Positions 39,705-49,258 are shown, counted from the stretch's first letter. The stretch: 64,000 nt of DNA from Myxococcota bacterium (GCA_036229005.1 JAZAMN010000016.1:32001-96000), one strand, 5' to 3'. Translations and numbers: made by a program. Notes: generated by a model from the sequence alone, not told the origin.

Positions 39705-39998
39705 TCAGCTCAGCCCCGGGCGGTTGTGCTTGTAGCGCTCGGCCAGCCAGCCCGCGTACCAGCTCGGCCAGTCGGCCCCCGGCGCCAGCGCCTTCTGGTC
39801 CAGATCGGCCTGCACCAGCAGGTACACCGTCATGCTCTTGGTGAGCTGGGCCGAAAGCAGCTCGCCCAGGCGCGGGTGCAGCAGCTCGGCCATGATCAGC
39901 GGCCACTCCAGAGGGGCGGCGCCGTGGTCCTGCTCCATCTGTTGGCTCACCTCTCTGAGCAGGCCAGCGAGCTGCGCGATCCAGGCATCGGTGTCCAT
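39705..39998 (-). CDS. Small hypothetical protein
   Basis: 97 aa, tightly packed between the sulfatase-like gene and uvrC; internal repeat EWPLIMA / DWPSWYA. Confidence 0.7.
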   Translation of the reverse strand: MDTDAWIAQLAGLLREVSQQMEQDHGAAPLEWPLIMAELLHPRLGELLSAQLTKSMTVYLLVQADLDQKALAPGADWPSWYAGWLAERYKHNRPGLS

Positions 39999-41140
39999 CA
40001 GCGAGGTGCTCCTTGCGTGGTGTAGCCCAGCGCCGCGCCCTTCTCCAAGTCGCCGGGCAGCGCGCCGGCCTCGGGTCGGGGGTAGCCCTCCAGCGCGCGC
40101 GCCAGCATGGGGTCACCATAGCCCCCGACGCCCGGCCGATCGCGGTACATGCCGCCGGCCTCGCCGAACGCCACGCGGTCCTTGCCCAGCACGCCCTCGG
40201 GGCTGCAGCCGGGCGCGCACTGCGCCTCACAGAGGCCGGACTCGCCCAGCCAGACCTCGCGGGTGGAGAGATCCAGCACGCCGCGCGTGGGGGCCTGGAC
40301 CCCAGAGAGGTGCAGCAGGGTGTCCCGAAGATCCGTCAGCCCCACCATGTCATCCCGGACCCCGGGCTGGACGCTGGGCCCGGAGACCACCATGGGCACC
40401 CGCAGGACCATGGGGCTGGAGGACACCGCGTGGCGCCAGGAGCAGGGCTCTTCGGTCAGGACCTCGCCGTGGTCGGCGGTGAGCACGATGTGCGCGCCCC
40501 GCTGTTGCGCGGCGGTGTAGAGCGGGCCCAGGATGCGGTCGGCGGCGTGGACCTCGCCCCGGTAGTTGAGGACCTCGGGGTCGGGGGCGGGCTGCTTGGA
40601 GGCGGCGGCCAGGTCGGCGGCCGGCGGCGTGTAGGGGCCGTGGGGCTCGTAGACATGCACCCAGGCGAACCACGGGCCCTGCTGCTCCGCGATCCAGGCA
40701 AGCGCCTCGTTGACGGCGAGCTCCCCGCTGCGCTCCCCCTGCTCCGGTCCGGAGAACACATCAAAGCCCTGGTCCAGGCCGGCGTCCCCGGCGACCGGGT
40801 AGGCACTCACGAAGCCCCCCGTCGCGATCCCCTGGGCCTGCAGCGTCTCCGCCACGGTCTCGAAGGAGGGAGCGAGCTGGTAGCCATGGTGGTTGTTGCC
40901 CCGAACACCGTGCACCGGGGGGAGCAGCCCCGTGAACAGGCTCGCGTGCGCCGGCGAGGTCAACCCGATGGGGCTCCACGCGTTGCGGAAGCTCAGCCCG
41001 CCGTCCGCGAGCGCCCAGGCGTTGGGGCTCCAGTCGGGGTGCAGGCTGTCGCTGCGCCAGGTGTCGACGGTCACCAGCAGCACCCCTGGGGGGGCCGGCG
41101 GGGGCTTGGGCTGGCAGGCCAGCAGCAGGGTCAGGAGCAT
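39998..41140 (-). CDS. Sulfatase-like (alkaline phosphatase superfamily) lipoprotein
   Basis: LVTVDTWRSD, TSPAHASLFTG, HVYEPHGPY, TADHGE and RVPM; lipobox LLAC. Confidence 0.88.
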   Translation of the reverse strand: MLLTLLLACQPKPPPAPPGVLLVTVDTWRSDSLHPDWSPNAWALADGGLSFRNAWSPIGLTSPAHASLFTGLLPPVHGVRGNNHHGYQLAPSFETVAETLQAQGIATGGFVSAYPVAGDAGLDQGFDVFSGPEQGERSGELAVNEALAWIAEQQGPWFAWVHVYEPHGPYTPPAADLAAASKQPAPDPEVLNYRGEVHAADRILGPLYTAAQQRGAHIVLTADHGEVLTEEPCSWRHAVSSSPMVLRVPMVVSGPSVQPGVRDDMVGLTDLRDTLLHLSGVQAPTRGVLDLSTREVWLGESGLCEAQCAPGCSPEGVLGKDRVAFGEAGGMYRDRPGVGGYGDPMLARALEGYPRPEAGALPGDLEKGAALGYTTQGAPR

Positions 41141-41159
41141 GGGCGCTGACTAACCCGCC

Positions 41160-43016
41160 TCACTCGGCGAGGGCGCCCTCCAGCACCAGGCGCAGCTCCT
41201 CGATGTCGTGGACGTTGTTGTAGTAGAGCAGCTTGCCCTGGGCGTCGACCACGTAGGTCTGGGGGTAGGCCGCCGTGGGGAACGCCATGGTCTGCTGGTA
41301 CTGGCCCTGCACCTTGCGGCCCGGATCCACCAGGATGGGCAGCGAGAGGTCGAAGGCCTCCCGGAACTCGCCCAGGAGCTGGGGGTCCTCGTCGGAGATG
41401 GCCCAGAAGCTGACCTGATCGCCCAGCTCGGGGACCAGGATGTCGTCGATGTCCGAGACCTCGGACGGACACACCGGTCACCAGGTGGCGAAGTAGGCCA
41501 ACACCACCGGGTGGCCAAGCTGGTCGCTCAGGCTGTGGCTGTTGCCGTCCAGGTCCTGCAGCACAAAGTCGGGGGCGGGCTGGCCGATGACCGGGTCGTC
41601 CACGCCCGCCTCGATCTCGGCGGTGAACAAGGGCTGGTCGCTGTCGTTGGAGGCCACACAGAGCCCGCCCCGGAAGCCCTCGCCGCCCCCGTAGCTCAGG
41701 CGCAGCCAGCCGACCTCGCCCGGCGCCAGGCTCAGGGAAGAGGCTTCGACCGTCACCCCGCCGTCGGCGCTCGCGCCGCGCAGCTCCAGGGTGTCGCTGC
41801 CCAGGTTCTGGATGCGCAGGGTCTGGGTGCCGCCGTCCACCGGCAGGATGAAGCGGTCGCCCGGCATCTCCAGGTGGGGCGCCTTCACGCTGGGGTCCAC
41901 GGCCACGCTGCGCAGGTAGTTCCAGTCGCCCACGTAGCCTTGGGTGCCCTCGCCCAGGATGCTCAGGGCGAACTGGTCGGTGATCTCCCGGGCCACGGGC
42001 TGCGGGTCCGCGGGGTCGGACACGTCCCAGACCGCGATGCCCTCATTGTCCGCGATCCACAGCAGGCCGCTGTCCGCGCTGGTCATGACCGCGGAGCCGC
42101 CCACCGGGATCAGGGCGACCTGGGTGGGGGCCAGGGGGTCGCTGGTCTCGAACACCGCCACGCCGCCCGCGCCCACCGCGACGAACACCGCGCCGCCGTC
42201 CGCAGACACGTGCAGCGGCCCGCCGCCGTCGACCGGGACCGGCGTGCCCAGAGTGGCCGACTCGCCGCGCAGATCCAGGGGCACCAAGCCCAGAGCGGCG
42301 TCGGCGATGTAGGCCACCCCGTTGTGGGGCGCGGAGATCTCCCAGGGCGCGTCCAGCCCGGCCACGGTCTCCACCAACTCCAAGCGGTCGCTGCTCAGGT
42401 CGAACACTTCGACGCCAACGCCCCGGCGGGTGGTGTAGAGCAGCCCGTCGTGGAAGAGCAGGCCCTCGTAGCCCCAGCCGTTGGCGAAGTGCAGGGGCGT
42501 GACCGCGCTGGGGTCGCTCAGATCCACCAGCTCCAGCCCGCGGTCCCGGTGGCTCAGCACGACGCGCGTGTCCGAGGCCCACTCCGACTTGTAGTAGCGG
42601 CCCATGCGCTCGGGGAAGAAGGACGCGAACTGCGGGTCGCTGGGGTCGGAGACGTCAAAGGGCATCAGCCCGCCCTGGCCGGTGCCCAGGATCCAGTCCC
42701 CGCGCTTGTCCAGGTCCACGATCTCCGCGAAGGTCTCCCCGGGCACGTCCTGGCCCTTGTAGACCGCGGCCAGCTCCACCAAGGGGTCTCCGGCCAGGTC
42801 CGTGGGCGGCTCGCAGCCAGAGGCCAGGGCCTGCCACTGGATCGGCGTCCCGGTGTCCTCGCCGGTGTCATCCGGTGTCGAGGTGTCGTCGGGCCCACCG
42901 GTCTCGGCGGTGTCCCCACCCGTGTTGGCCGCCACGCACTCCTCCCCCACCAGCAGCTCCCCCTCTTGGCAGGGGAAGCGCTGACAGGCGGGCAGGGACA
43001 GGGCGAGCCACAGCAT
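41160..43016 (-). CDS. Selenoprotein: LVIVD-repeat lipoprotein, Ig-like domain and TlpA/AhpC-TSA redoxin domain with UxxC
   Basis: ORFs 41478..43016 and 41160..41474 are in frame across TGA 41478-41480, giving GQPAPDFVLQDLDG...YFATW-U-PVC...YPQTYVVDAQG. A SECIS hairpin follows. Confidence 0.88.
41451..41466 (-). promoter_or_regulatory. Bacterial SECIS element
   Basis: GUCCGA-GGUC-UCGGAC stem begins after an 11-nt spacer from the UGA and contains AGGUCU, as in the E. coli fdhF SECIS loop. Confidence 0.8.
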
Positions 43017-43121
43017 CGTTCTGCTGATGCCTCGATCGGACGGAGGTTGCAGCCCTCATCCAAAAAGGCCGCCCATCCGATCCCCGGGTTGCGACGACCA
43101 CACCCAACACAGGAGCAGCGG

Positions 43122-43811
43122 ATGCTTGTCCTGCTTGCCGCAATGGCATGCCAGGTGGAGCCCGAGCCCGCAGCCGAGTTCCGGGACCCCACCCGGGACC
43201 TCCAGGCCGCCAGCTTGGCCCCCGCCATCGCCGCCACGGCCATTGACCCCCTGATCGAAGGGATCGTCTTTGGCGCCGTGGACCCCTCAGAGATCACCGT
43301 CACCTTTGGCGAGCCCGAAGACGAAGACGCCCTGGCCGAGCTCGAACAGACGCTGGAGCCGGAGGAGGAGATCGACCTCCACACCCGCTGGGAGGACGAC
43401 CAGCCCGCCCCCGAGCGCAAGGCCCAGAAGAAGATCAAGGCCCCGCCGGCCGCCTCCTCCAAGAGCGTCGGCTCCGTCCAGGCCAAGGATGGGCCGCAGA
43501 TCCACGTCGAGGGTGTGGAGATCAAGGCCGAGGCCAAGAAGCCCCTGAGCGTCAGCCAGGTCGTGCGCAAGCAGCGCGGCAAGGTGCAGTACTGCCACGA
43601 GACCGGCAAGACGCGCGACTCGCAGGTGCACGGGCGGATCACGGTGGCGTGGACCATCGCGGACGGGAAGGCCACCGACATCCAGATCCTGGACAACACC
43701 ACCGGCGACGACCTGATGGCCACCTGCGTGGCGCGGCAGGTGCGCACGATGCGCTTCCCCAAGGAGATGGCCGAGGAGGTCAACTACCCCTTCGTGTTCC
43801 AGCAGGGGTAG
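43122..43811 (+). CDS. AgmX/PglI C-terminal (TonB-C-like) domain lipoprotein
   Basis: ATG at 43122 after AGGAG; VVRKQRGKVQYCHE...GRITVAWTI...TCVARQVRTMRFP...VNYPFVF. Confidence 0.8.
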   Translation: MLVLLAAMACQVEPEPAAEFRDPTRDLQAASLAPAIAATAIDPLIEGIVFGAVDPSEITVTFGEPEDEDALAELEQTLEPEEEIDLHTRWEDDQPAPERKAQKKIKAPPAASSKSVGSVQAKDGPQIHVEGVEIKAEAKKPLSVSQVVRKQRGKVQYCHETGKTRDSQVHGRITVAWTIADGKATDIQILDNTTGDDLMATCVARQVRTMRFPKEMAEEVNYPFVFQQG

Positions 43812-43857
43812 CGCCCCCGGCTCCGGGCGGTGTCCCAAGCACACGCCCGGAGTCCCC

Positions 43858-44418
43858 ATGGTCCTGCTCGCCCTCTCTCTGTCCTCCGCCAGCGCGATGG
43901 AGGTCCGCGACCGCTGGGACCCCGAGCACCCCATCGCCCTGGGCAGCCGCGCCGCGCTCTGGCAGGCCGACTACCGCGCCCCGGGGGTGGGCGGACAGCT
44001 CCACTACCAGCCCTGGCAGCGCCTGGGGGTCGAGGGCTTCTGGAACAGCTTCGCCCTGCCCGAGGCGGGCCTTCTGCGGCACGACCACGTCATCGGGTTC
44101 CACCTCTACAGCCCGTGGCTTGGTGGTGCTCGGCGCTGGGTCGGCCCAACATTCGGGAGCTGCGTGGACTTCCGCTTCCTGTCTCCTCTGGGCACCGACG
44201 AGGCACTGCCGGGCCAGTCCGACATCCTCTTTGGCGTGCACACCGGCCTGATGGGCATGGCCTACCTCTTTGGGGGCTGGTCCCTGCAGACCACCGTCGA
44301 GGTCTTTGGCTACTGGGGCAACCAGGCCAAGGTCGACGGCTGGGCGGCCACGGCCTCCAACCAGCTCCACTTCCAGCCGGTGCTGCAGGGCTCGGTGGGG
44401 CTCAACCATTGGTTCTGA
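43858..44418 (+). CDS. Small exported protein, probable outer-membrane beta-barrel
   Basis: Signal MVLLALSLSSASA, amphipathic strands and terminal aromatic ...SVGLNHWF. Confidence 0.6.
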   Translation: MVLLALSLSSASAMEVRDRWDPEHPIALGSRAALWQADYRAPGVGGQLHYQPWQRLGVEGFWNSFALPEAGLLRHDHVIGFHLYSPWLGGARRWVGPTFGSCVDFRFLSPLGTDEALPGQSDILFGVHTGLMGMAYLFGGWSLQTTVEVFGYWGNQAKVDGWAATASNQLHFQPVLQGSVGLNHWF

Positions 44419-45356
44419 GCCTGCTGCTGGCCTGCGCCCCCGACTCGGTGGGCGCGCTCTCCGACCAGTGCGCCGACTGCCACGCCACCCAGGCCGACGC
44501 CCTGGCCGCCAGCACGCTCTCCCGCGAGGCCCCCACCGCGCTCTTCACCGCCCTGCAGGCCCAAGCCGCCGCCCTCCACGGCCCCTCCGCGGCCGCCCAG
44601 TGTGACGCCTGTCATGCGCCCGTCGTGGGGCACCAGGGGGGCCTGAGCTGCGCGAGCTGCCACGCCGCCGTCGGCCACCGCGCGCCGGAGAATGGAGCGC
44701 TCATCCACGAGCTCTGGGGGCCTGTGTTGGGCACGGAGAGCCTGTCCTCGCCGGCGCACAGGGTGCAGTCCAGTGTCTTCCTGGGCGACCCGGCCCTCTG
44801 CGGTACATGCCACGAGCTCCAGGGCCCAGCGGCCCTCTCCGAGACCCCCTACACCCACTGGCGGGACAGCCCCGCGGCCCAGGACGGCGTCGGCTGCGCG
44901 GACTGCCACATGCCCCAGGGCGACCACAGCTTCCCCGGCCTGAACGGCGACCGCGACACCGCCCTCTCCCTGCTCCGCGAGGCCGCCGAGCTCGAGCGCA
45001 TCCCCGGCGGCGTGCGCCTCCACAACCGCAACCCCGGCCACGCCCTGCCCGACGGCGCGGCCTTCACCCGGCGGCTGGTCCTGCAGTGGCGCTTGGACGG
45101 GCAGGTGCTGGGCGAGCACAGCCTGACCCCCAGCTACCGGGACGGCCAGGGGGAGGAGATCCACAGCCCTCTGGCCGCCGCAGCCCACCAAGACAACAGC
45201 ATCCCCGCTGGCCAATCCCGGGACTTCTTCCCCCCAAGCGAGGTCACCCCGGCGCAGGCCTGCCTGGTCTTTCAGCAGCAGGATCCGGCGCGGCTCGCGG
45301 AGCGGGGGCGGCCCGCGGCGGGGGGGGTGGGGGAGGTGGGGTGTTTGGGGTGGTGA
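44409..45356 (+). CDS. Pentaheme c-type cytochrome lipoprotein (c554/c552-like)
   Basis: TTG at 44409 (MVLSLLLAC); CADCH, CDACH, CASCH, CGTCH and CADCH; HSFPG and GHALPDG. Confidence 0.88.
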   Translation: MVLSLLLACAPDSVGALSDQCADCHATQADALAASTLSREAPTALFTALQAQAAALHGPSAAAQCDACHAPVVGHQGGLSCASCHAAVGHRAPENGALIHELWGPVLGTESLSSPAHRVQSSVFLGDPALCGTCHELQGPAALSETPYTHWRDSPAAQDGVGCADCHMPQGDHSFPGLNGDRDTALSLLREAAELERIPGGVRLHNRNPGHALPDGAAFTRRLVLQWRLDGQVLGEHSLTPSYRDGQGEEIHSPLAAAAHQDNSIPAGQSRDFFPPSEVTPAQACLVFQQQDPARLAERGRPAAGGVGEVGCLGW

Positions 45357-45361
45357 GATGG

Positions 45362-45447
45362 TCAGGTATCGGAGGTCAGGTATCGGGCATCACGCCCTGC
45401 GGGCTCCGGGCGTCTCGGCGACCGGCGACCGGGGACCGGGGACCGGC
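45362..45447. repeat. Heptamer repeats TCAGGTA/TCGGAGG/TCAGGTA/TCGGGCA and (CGGSGAC)4
   Basis: Read directly at 45362-45389 and 45416-45447. Confidence 0.7.
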
Positions 45448-45588
45448 ATGACGTTGAGGTGGGGGTGGGCGTTGGGGCTCTGACCGGGGGGGGCATCACG
45501 CGGAGCTGGGCTGAGCGTCGAGGCTCTGGGCGTGCGCGGCGTGGGCGGCGTGCGATGTTGGGGAGGACAACTTCCTCGCGCTCTTGGT

Positions 45589-45825
45589 GAGCTACGGGGG
45601 CTCAGTGCGCGCTTTCGGTGAGCTACGGGGGCTCAGTGCGCGCTTTCGGCGAGCTACGGGGGCTCAGTGCGCGCTTTCGGCTCAGAATAGGCCTCGGTGC
45701 AGGCGTTGGGCGCGCACTGACAGGCCGTAGCTCAGGAAAGGCGCGCACTCACAGGCCGTAGCTCAGGAAAACCGCGCACTGACAGGCCGTAGCTCCGGGC
45801 GGCCGCTCACTCAAACCCCGTAGCC
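45589..45825. repeat. Palindromic array, copy 2: three direct and four inverted bipartite units at 31 bp period
   Basis: GAGCTACGGGGGCTCAGTGCGCGCTTTCGG at 45589, 45620 and 45651. Inverted CGCKCAC-N8-CGTAGCY at 45711, 45742, 45773 and 45804. 37-bp core. Confidence 0.92.
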
Positions 45826-45885
45826 CCGAGAACATCGGAGCCCGGCGGCTTGTCCCCGCGCAGCGACGCGCCTACCCATTGAGAG

Positions 45886-46548
45886 ATGGACTCTCCAACC
45901 GACGCTTCCCTGTCCGACCGACTCCACCTCGCGCGCCGCTCGGCCGGTCATGCCGTCGGACGCACGGTCGCTGCGGTGGTCCTCCTGGCCACGGCCCTGG
46001 CTGGCCTGTACAGCGCCTTCCCAGACGCCCTGGAGCCCTCTGTCTGGCGTGGCCTGGTCGCCCTCGCGGGTCTGTTTGTGGTCACCAGGGGTCTGATGGC
46101 CAGCCGCCGGGTGCGGACTGCCCGCCACCTCTTCTGGGCCGCGCGCCGCCGCGCGCAGCACCGCGCCGAGGACACGCCCAAGGCTCTCCCAGCCCCCCAA
46201 AGCCGCCCCGAGTCCGCCTCGCAGCGCGCCGTTCGACTGCTGACAGCAGTCCTGGGCGACGAAGCGATCGTGCACGAGGGTCGCGCACACGGCCTGTCCC
46301 TGGCCAGCCGCCTGGATGAGCTCAAGGAGCTGCTGGCAGACCCCGAGCTCCAGCCCACCCTGCGCCGCCCGGTCGCCGAGGAAGCCACCCGCCTGGAGTC
46401 GGAGCTGGAGGGGCTGTTGGAGCTCCTGGCCCAGTACGGCCGCGCAGACCGGCAGGCCCGGCAGGACCTGGCCCAGCGGCTGGAGGCGCACATCGAGACC
46501 GAGTCGCTGGTCCCCGCTGGCCTGCTGGGCAGCGTCCCGGAGCTCTGA
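45886..46548 (+). CDS. Two-TM hypothetical protein with C-terminal coiled coil
   Basis: 220-aa ORF with two hydrophobic helices and a Leu/Glu heptad region. Confidence 0.65.
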   Translation: MDSPTDASLSDRLHLARRSAGHAVGRTVAAVVLLATALAGLYSAFPDALEPSVWRGLVALAGLFVVTRGLMASRRVRTARHLFWAARRRAQHRAEDTPKALPAPQSRPESASQRAVRLLTAVLGDEAIVHEGRAHGLSLASRLDELKELLADPELQPTLRRPVAEEATRLESELEGLLELLAQYGRADRQARQDLAQRLEAHIETESLVPAGLLGSVPEL

Positions 46549-46570
46549 GGCGACCCGCCGCCTCGGCCAC

Positions 46571-46598
46571 CCCCGATACCTGACCCCTGATACCCGAG
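46571..46598. repeat. Heptamer repeat (reverse complement TCGGGTA TCAGGGG TCAGGTA TCGGGG) between convergent genes
   Basis: CCCCGATACCTGACCCCTGATACCCGAG. Confidence 0.65.
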
Positions 46599-46602
46599 CC
46601 CC

Positions 46603-47265
46603 TCAGAGCCCCTTCAGCTCATCATCCACCTTCGCCTCTCCCACAAAGCCGTACCCGATCCACTGGATCCGCAGGTCCGCGTCCAGCACGTAGGTCACGC
46701 TCTGCTCGCTGGGCATCCAGGCCGCGCGGTCGCTCGCGCTCATGCCGTAGAGCACCGGCTCGACGCCGTAGCTGCTGCTCCAGTCGGCCGCGTCGCTCGA
46801 GGTGGCGGCGGCCGTCTCCGGCCCGTTCACCAAGACCACCGCTGCGCTCGCCCCGCGGGTGGAGGCCACCGAGGACACCCACCCCGAGAGCTGCTGCAGG
46901 TTGCTGTCGTAGGCGTGGCCCACGGAGACCACCATCGGCCCCTCGCCGTGCTGCGCCCACAGGCTCCAGGCCGCGCCGGTGCTGTCCTTGATGGCCAGGT
47001 CACAGGCGATCTGGCCCAGGCCCACCGCGCAGTCCTCGCCGCCGGGGATCACGTCCGTGTCGGCGTCGGTGTCGGTGTCGGAGTCCGCGTCGGCGTCGCT
47101 GTCCGCGTCGGCCTCACCGCTGTCCGCCGTGTCCGCCGTGTCGCCAGAGCCGGTGTCCAGCTTCTCGAAGGCGGTGTCCAGCGTAGGCGCGATCCGCTCG
47201 CCCCCCGCGCCGAAGGGGTTTGCACGGTCCGGAAGACAGGCCAGAGTGGAAAGCAGCAGCAGCAT
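46603..47265 (-). CDS. Lipoprotein with (D-x)n linker and a redoxin-like domain lacking CxxC
   Basis: MLLLLSTLAC; GQIACDLAIKDSTGAAWSL and VTYVLDADLRI resemble the ends of TlpA/AhpC domains. Confidence 0.65.
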   Translation of the reverse strand: MLLLLSTLACLPDRANPFGAGGERIAPTLDTAFEKLDTGSGDTADTADSGEADADSDADADSDTDTDADTDVIPGGEDCAVGLGQIACDLAIKDSTGAAWSLWAQHGEGPMVVSVGHAYDSNLQQLSGWVSSVASTRGASAAVVLVNGPETAAATSSDAADWSSSYGVEPVLYGMSASDRAAWMPSEQSVTYVLDADLRIQWIGYGFVGEAKVDDELKGL

Positions 47266-47306
47266 GGGACAACTCCGTCCCCAGTCTATCCCACCCAGGA
47301 GTCCCC

Positions 47307-47870
47307 GTGACCCTCTGGCTCGCCCTCTTGGCCTGCGGCCCCCCGGCCCCCGAGCTCACCCTCTCCCCCGCGGAGCCCACCAGCGCCGACACCCTGGTCG
47401 CCCAGACCGAGCCCGTCGACAACGGCTACGGCGACGACCTGCCCCTGGTCTACCAGTGGTCTCTGGACGGGGAGGAGGTCGAGGGGCTGGAGGGCCCCGA
47501 GCTGGGGGCTGGGTACACCGCTCGGGGAGAGGAGTGGACCGTACAGGTGTGGGCACTGGACGGCGACGTCGAGGGCCGGCGTGCGCAGGCCACCACCATC
47601 ATCCGCAACGCGCCCCCAGTGGCGACCCTGGCCGGCCAGGAGCGGCAGGCCAGCGACGAGCACCTGAGCGTCAGCGTCAACGTCATCGACAACGACGGCG
47701 ACGACGTGACCTGGTCGCTGCGCTGGAGCGTCGACGGCCAGGACAGCGGCGAGACCGCCGAGGTCCTCCCGCCGGAGCGCACCCAGCCCGGCGAGATCTG
47801 GGTGGCCACCCTGGACGCCGACGACGGCCAGGCTGCCGTGCAGTCCACCCTGGAGATCGAGATCTACTGA
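47307..47870 (+). CDS. Lipoprotein with two Ig-like repeats
   Basis: GTG at 47307 after AGGAG (MTLWLALLAC); repeats YQWSLDG...GEEWTV / LRWSVDG...GEIWVA. Confidence 0.75.
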   Translation: MTLWLALLACGPPAPELTLSPAEPTSADTLVAQTEPVDNGYGDDLPLVYQWSLDGEEVEGLEGPELGAGYTARGEEWTVQVWALDGDVEGRRAQATTIIRNAPPVATLAGQERQASDEHLSVSVNVIDNDGDDVTWSLRWSVDGQDSGETAEVLPPERTQPGEIWVATLDADDGQAAVQSTLEIEIY

Positions 47871-49189
47871 GCCCCTTCTTGGGCCTCGGCGCCCCGGTAG
47901 TAGGGGAACACCAGCTCCTGGGTGCCCGGGCAGGCGCTCACCGGGAAGTCGAGCTGTGAGAACACAAAGGCCAGGGCCTCCGCGCTCACGCCGTGGTCCT
48001 CGCCGGGCGCCGTCTCGTCCAGCCGCAGGTCCACCACCCGGCCGAACTGATCGATCTCCAGGCGCACGATGGCCGGCGGCCGCGGGTCCGTGGACTCGAA
48101 GGCCGGGCCCGTCTCCAGGAACTCCTGCAGCGTGCCGTCCAGGTCCATGGGCTCCCGGTTGCCCCCGCTGACCAGCCAGCGGCCCAGGTGCGCGGTGTTC
48201 AGGTCCGGGTCGCGCAGCTTGGAGGCGTTGATGCCCCCGCGCCGGCGCCAGGCGTGGCCCCAGAGGCTGTCGTTGGGGTCCTGCTCGGTGCGCTGGGCGA
48301 TCCAGCCGTTGCCGTCCAGCGTGTAGAGCGTCGGGGTGCGCGGACACTCCAGGTTGGGCTCCAGCGGCGCGCGGCACCAGCCCTGGGGGATCTCGATGGG
48401 ATCGGGCAGGCCCTGCTCCAGGCGCTCGGCGACGCTGATGGGCTGGGGCAGGTGGGCCTCGCAGGCCTGGGCGTTCGCCCACCGCATGGCCAGCACCGGG
48501 AGCGGCAAGAGCAGCCCGCCACCCAGCAGCAGCGCAGCCCCCAGCCGGGGCACCCAGGGCACCGCCCCGCGCCCCAGCCACAGGACGCCGCCCAGCAGCG
48601 CAGCCCCCGTGAGCGCCCAGGCCCCCATCGCCGCGGCGTTCCCCAGCAGGTCCGCGTCCAGGGGGGCGGCCAGCGCCAGCGCGCGCTGCTCCTGCCAGGC
48701 CCAGAAGGCCCCCACGCCCAACAGATCCAGGCCGACCACCACGCCCCGCAGGCCCCGGGTCCACGCCGCCATCTGCGGCGTGGTGCCCACCCGGAGGGCG
48801 CTCAGTCCGGCCGCGCTCCCAGCCACCAGCAGCACCAACGCGGCCCGGTGGTCGGAGACCCGCCCCAGCCCCAGGGCCACGGTGAGCGCTGCCAGCTCCA
48901 GGCTCAGGGCCGTCAGCGCCAGGGGCACCCCCCAGCTTCGGCGCAGGTTCCAGACGGGGCCGATCACCAGCCCCAGGCCAGCGCCCAGCGCGGCGGCGAG
49001 CGCGCTGGTGGCGAGGGTCAGCAGGCCCACATCGAGCGCCCCGCTCAGCCCCCAGCCCACCACGCCGCCCAGAGGAGCGAGCGCCGCGATCGCCCCGACA
49101 CGCCAAGCCTGTCCTCGTTGGCGGGTGAGGGTGAAGGCCAGTGCCAGGCAGACCAGAGGCGCGAGGGTGGGGATCCAGGTGGGCAGCAA
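47864..49189 (-). CDS. Polytopic membrane protein with C-terminal extracytoplasmic domain
   Basis: About 8 hydrophobic segments followed by a Cys-containing soluble domain; TTG after GAGGAG. Confidence 0.65.
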   Translation of the reverse strand: MLPTWIPTLAPLVCLALAFTLTRQRGQAWRVGAIAALAPLGGVVGWGLSGALDVGLLTLATSALAAALGAGLGLVIGPVWNLRRSWGVPLALTALSLELAALTVALGLGRVSDHRAALVLLVAGSAAGLSALRVGTTPQMAAWTRGLRGVVVGLDLLGVGAFWAWQEQRALALAAPLDADLLGNAAAMGAWALTGAALLGGVLWLGRGAVPWVPRLGAALLLGGGLLLPLPVLAMRWANAQACEAHLPQPISVAERLEQGLPDPIEIPQGWCRAPLEPNLECPRTPTLYTLDGNGWIAQRTEQDPNDSLWGHAWRRRGGINASKLRDPDLNTAHLGRWLVSGGNREPMDLDGTLQEFLETGPAFESTDPRPPAIVRLEIDQFGRVVDLRLDETAPGEDHGVSAEALAFVFSQLDFPVSACPGTQELVFPYYRGAEAQEGAQ

Positions 49190-49258
49190 GTCGGCGCTCC
49201 TCTCCTCCTGGACAGCCTACCTGGGAGGTCGGTGCCCGATTTCAGACTTCCGGGGCGC

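Noticed and set aside
41160..41480. Separate 104-aa gene, or nonsense pseudogene at TGA 41478-41480
   Set aside because: The TGA sits at the catalytic Cys position and is followed by a correctly spaced SECIS, so Sec read-through is the better explanation.
45589..45825. CRISPR array
   Set aside because: Units are directly tandem with no unique 25-45 bp spacers, half of them are inverted, and no cas genes are present.
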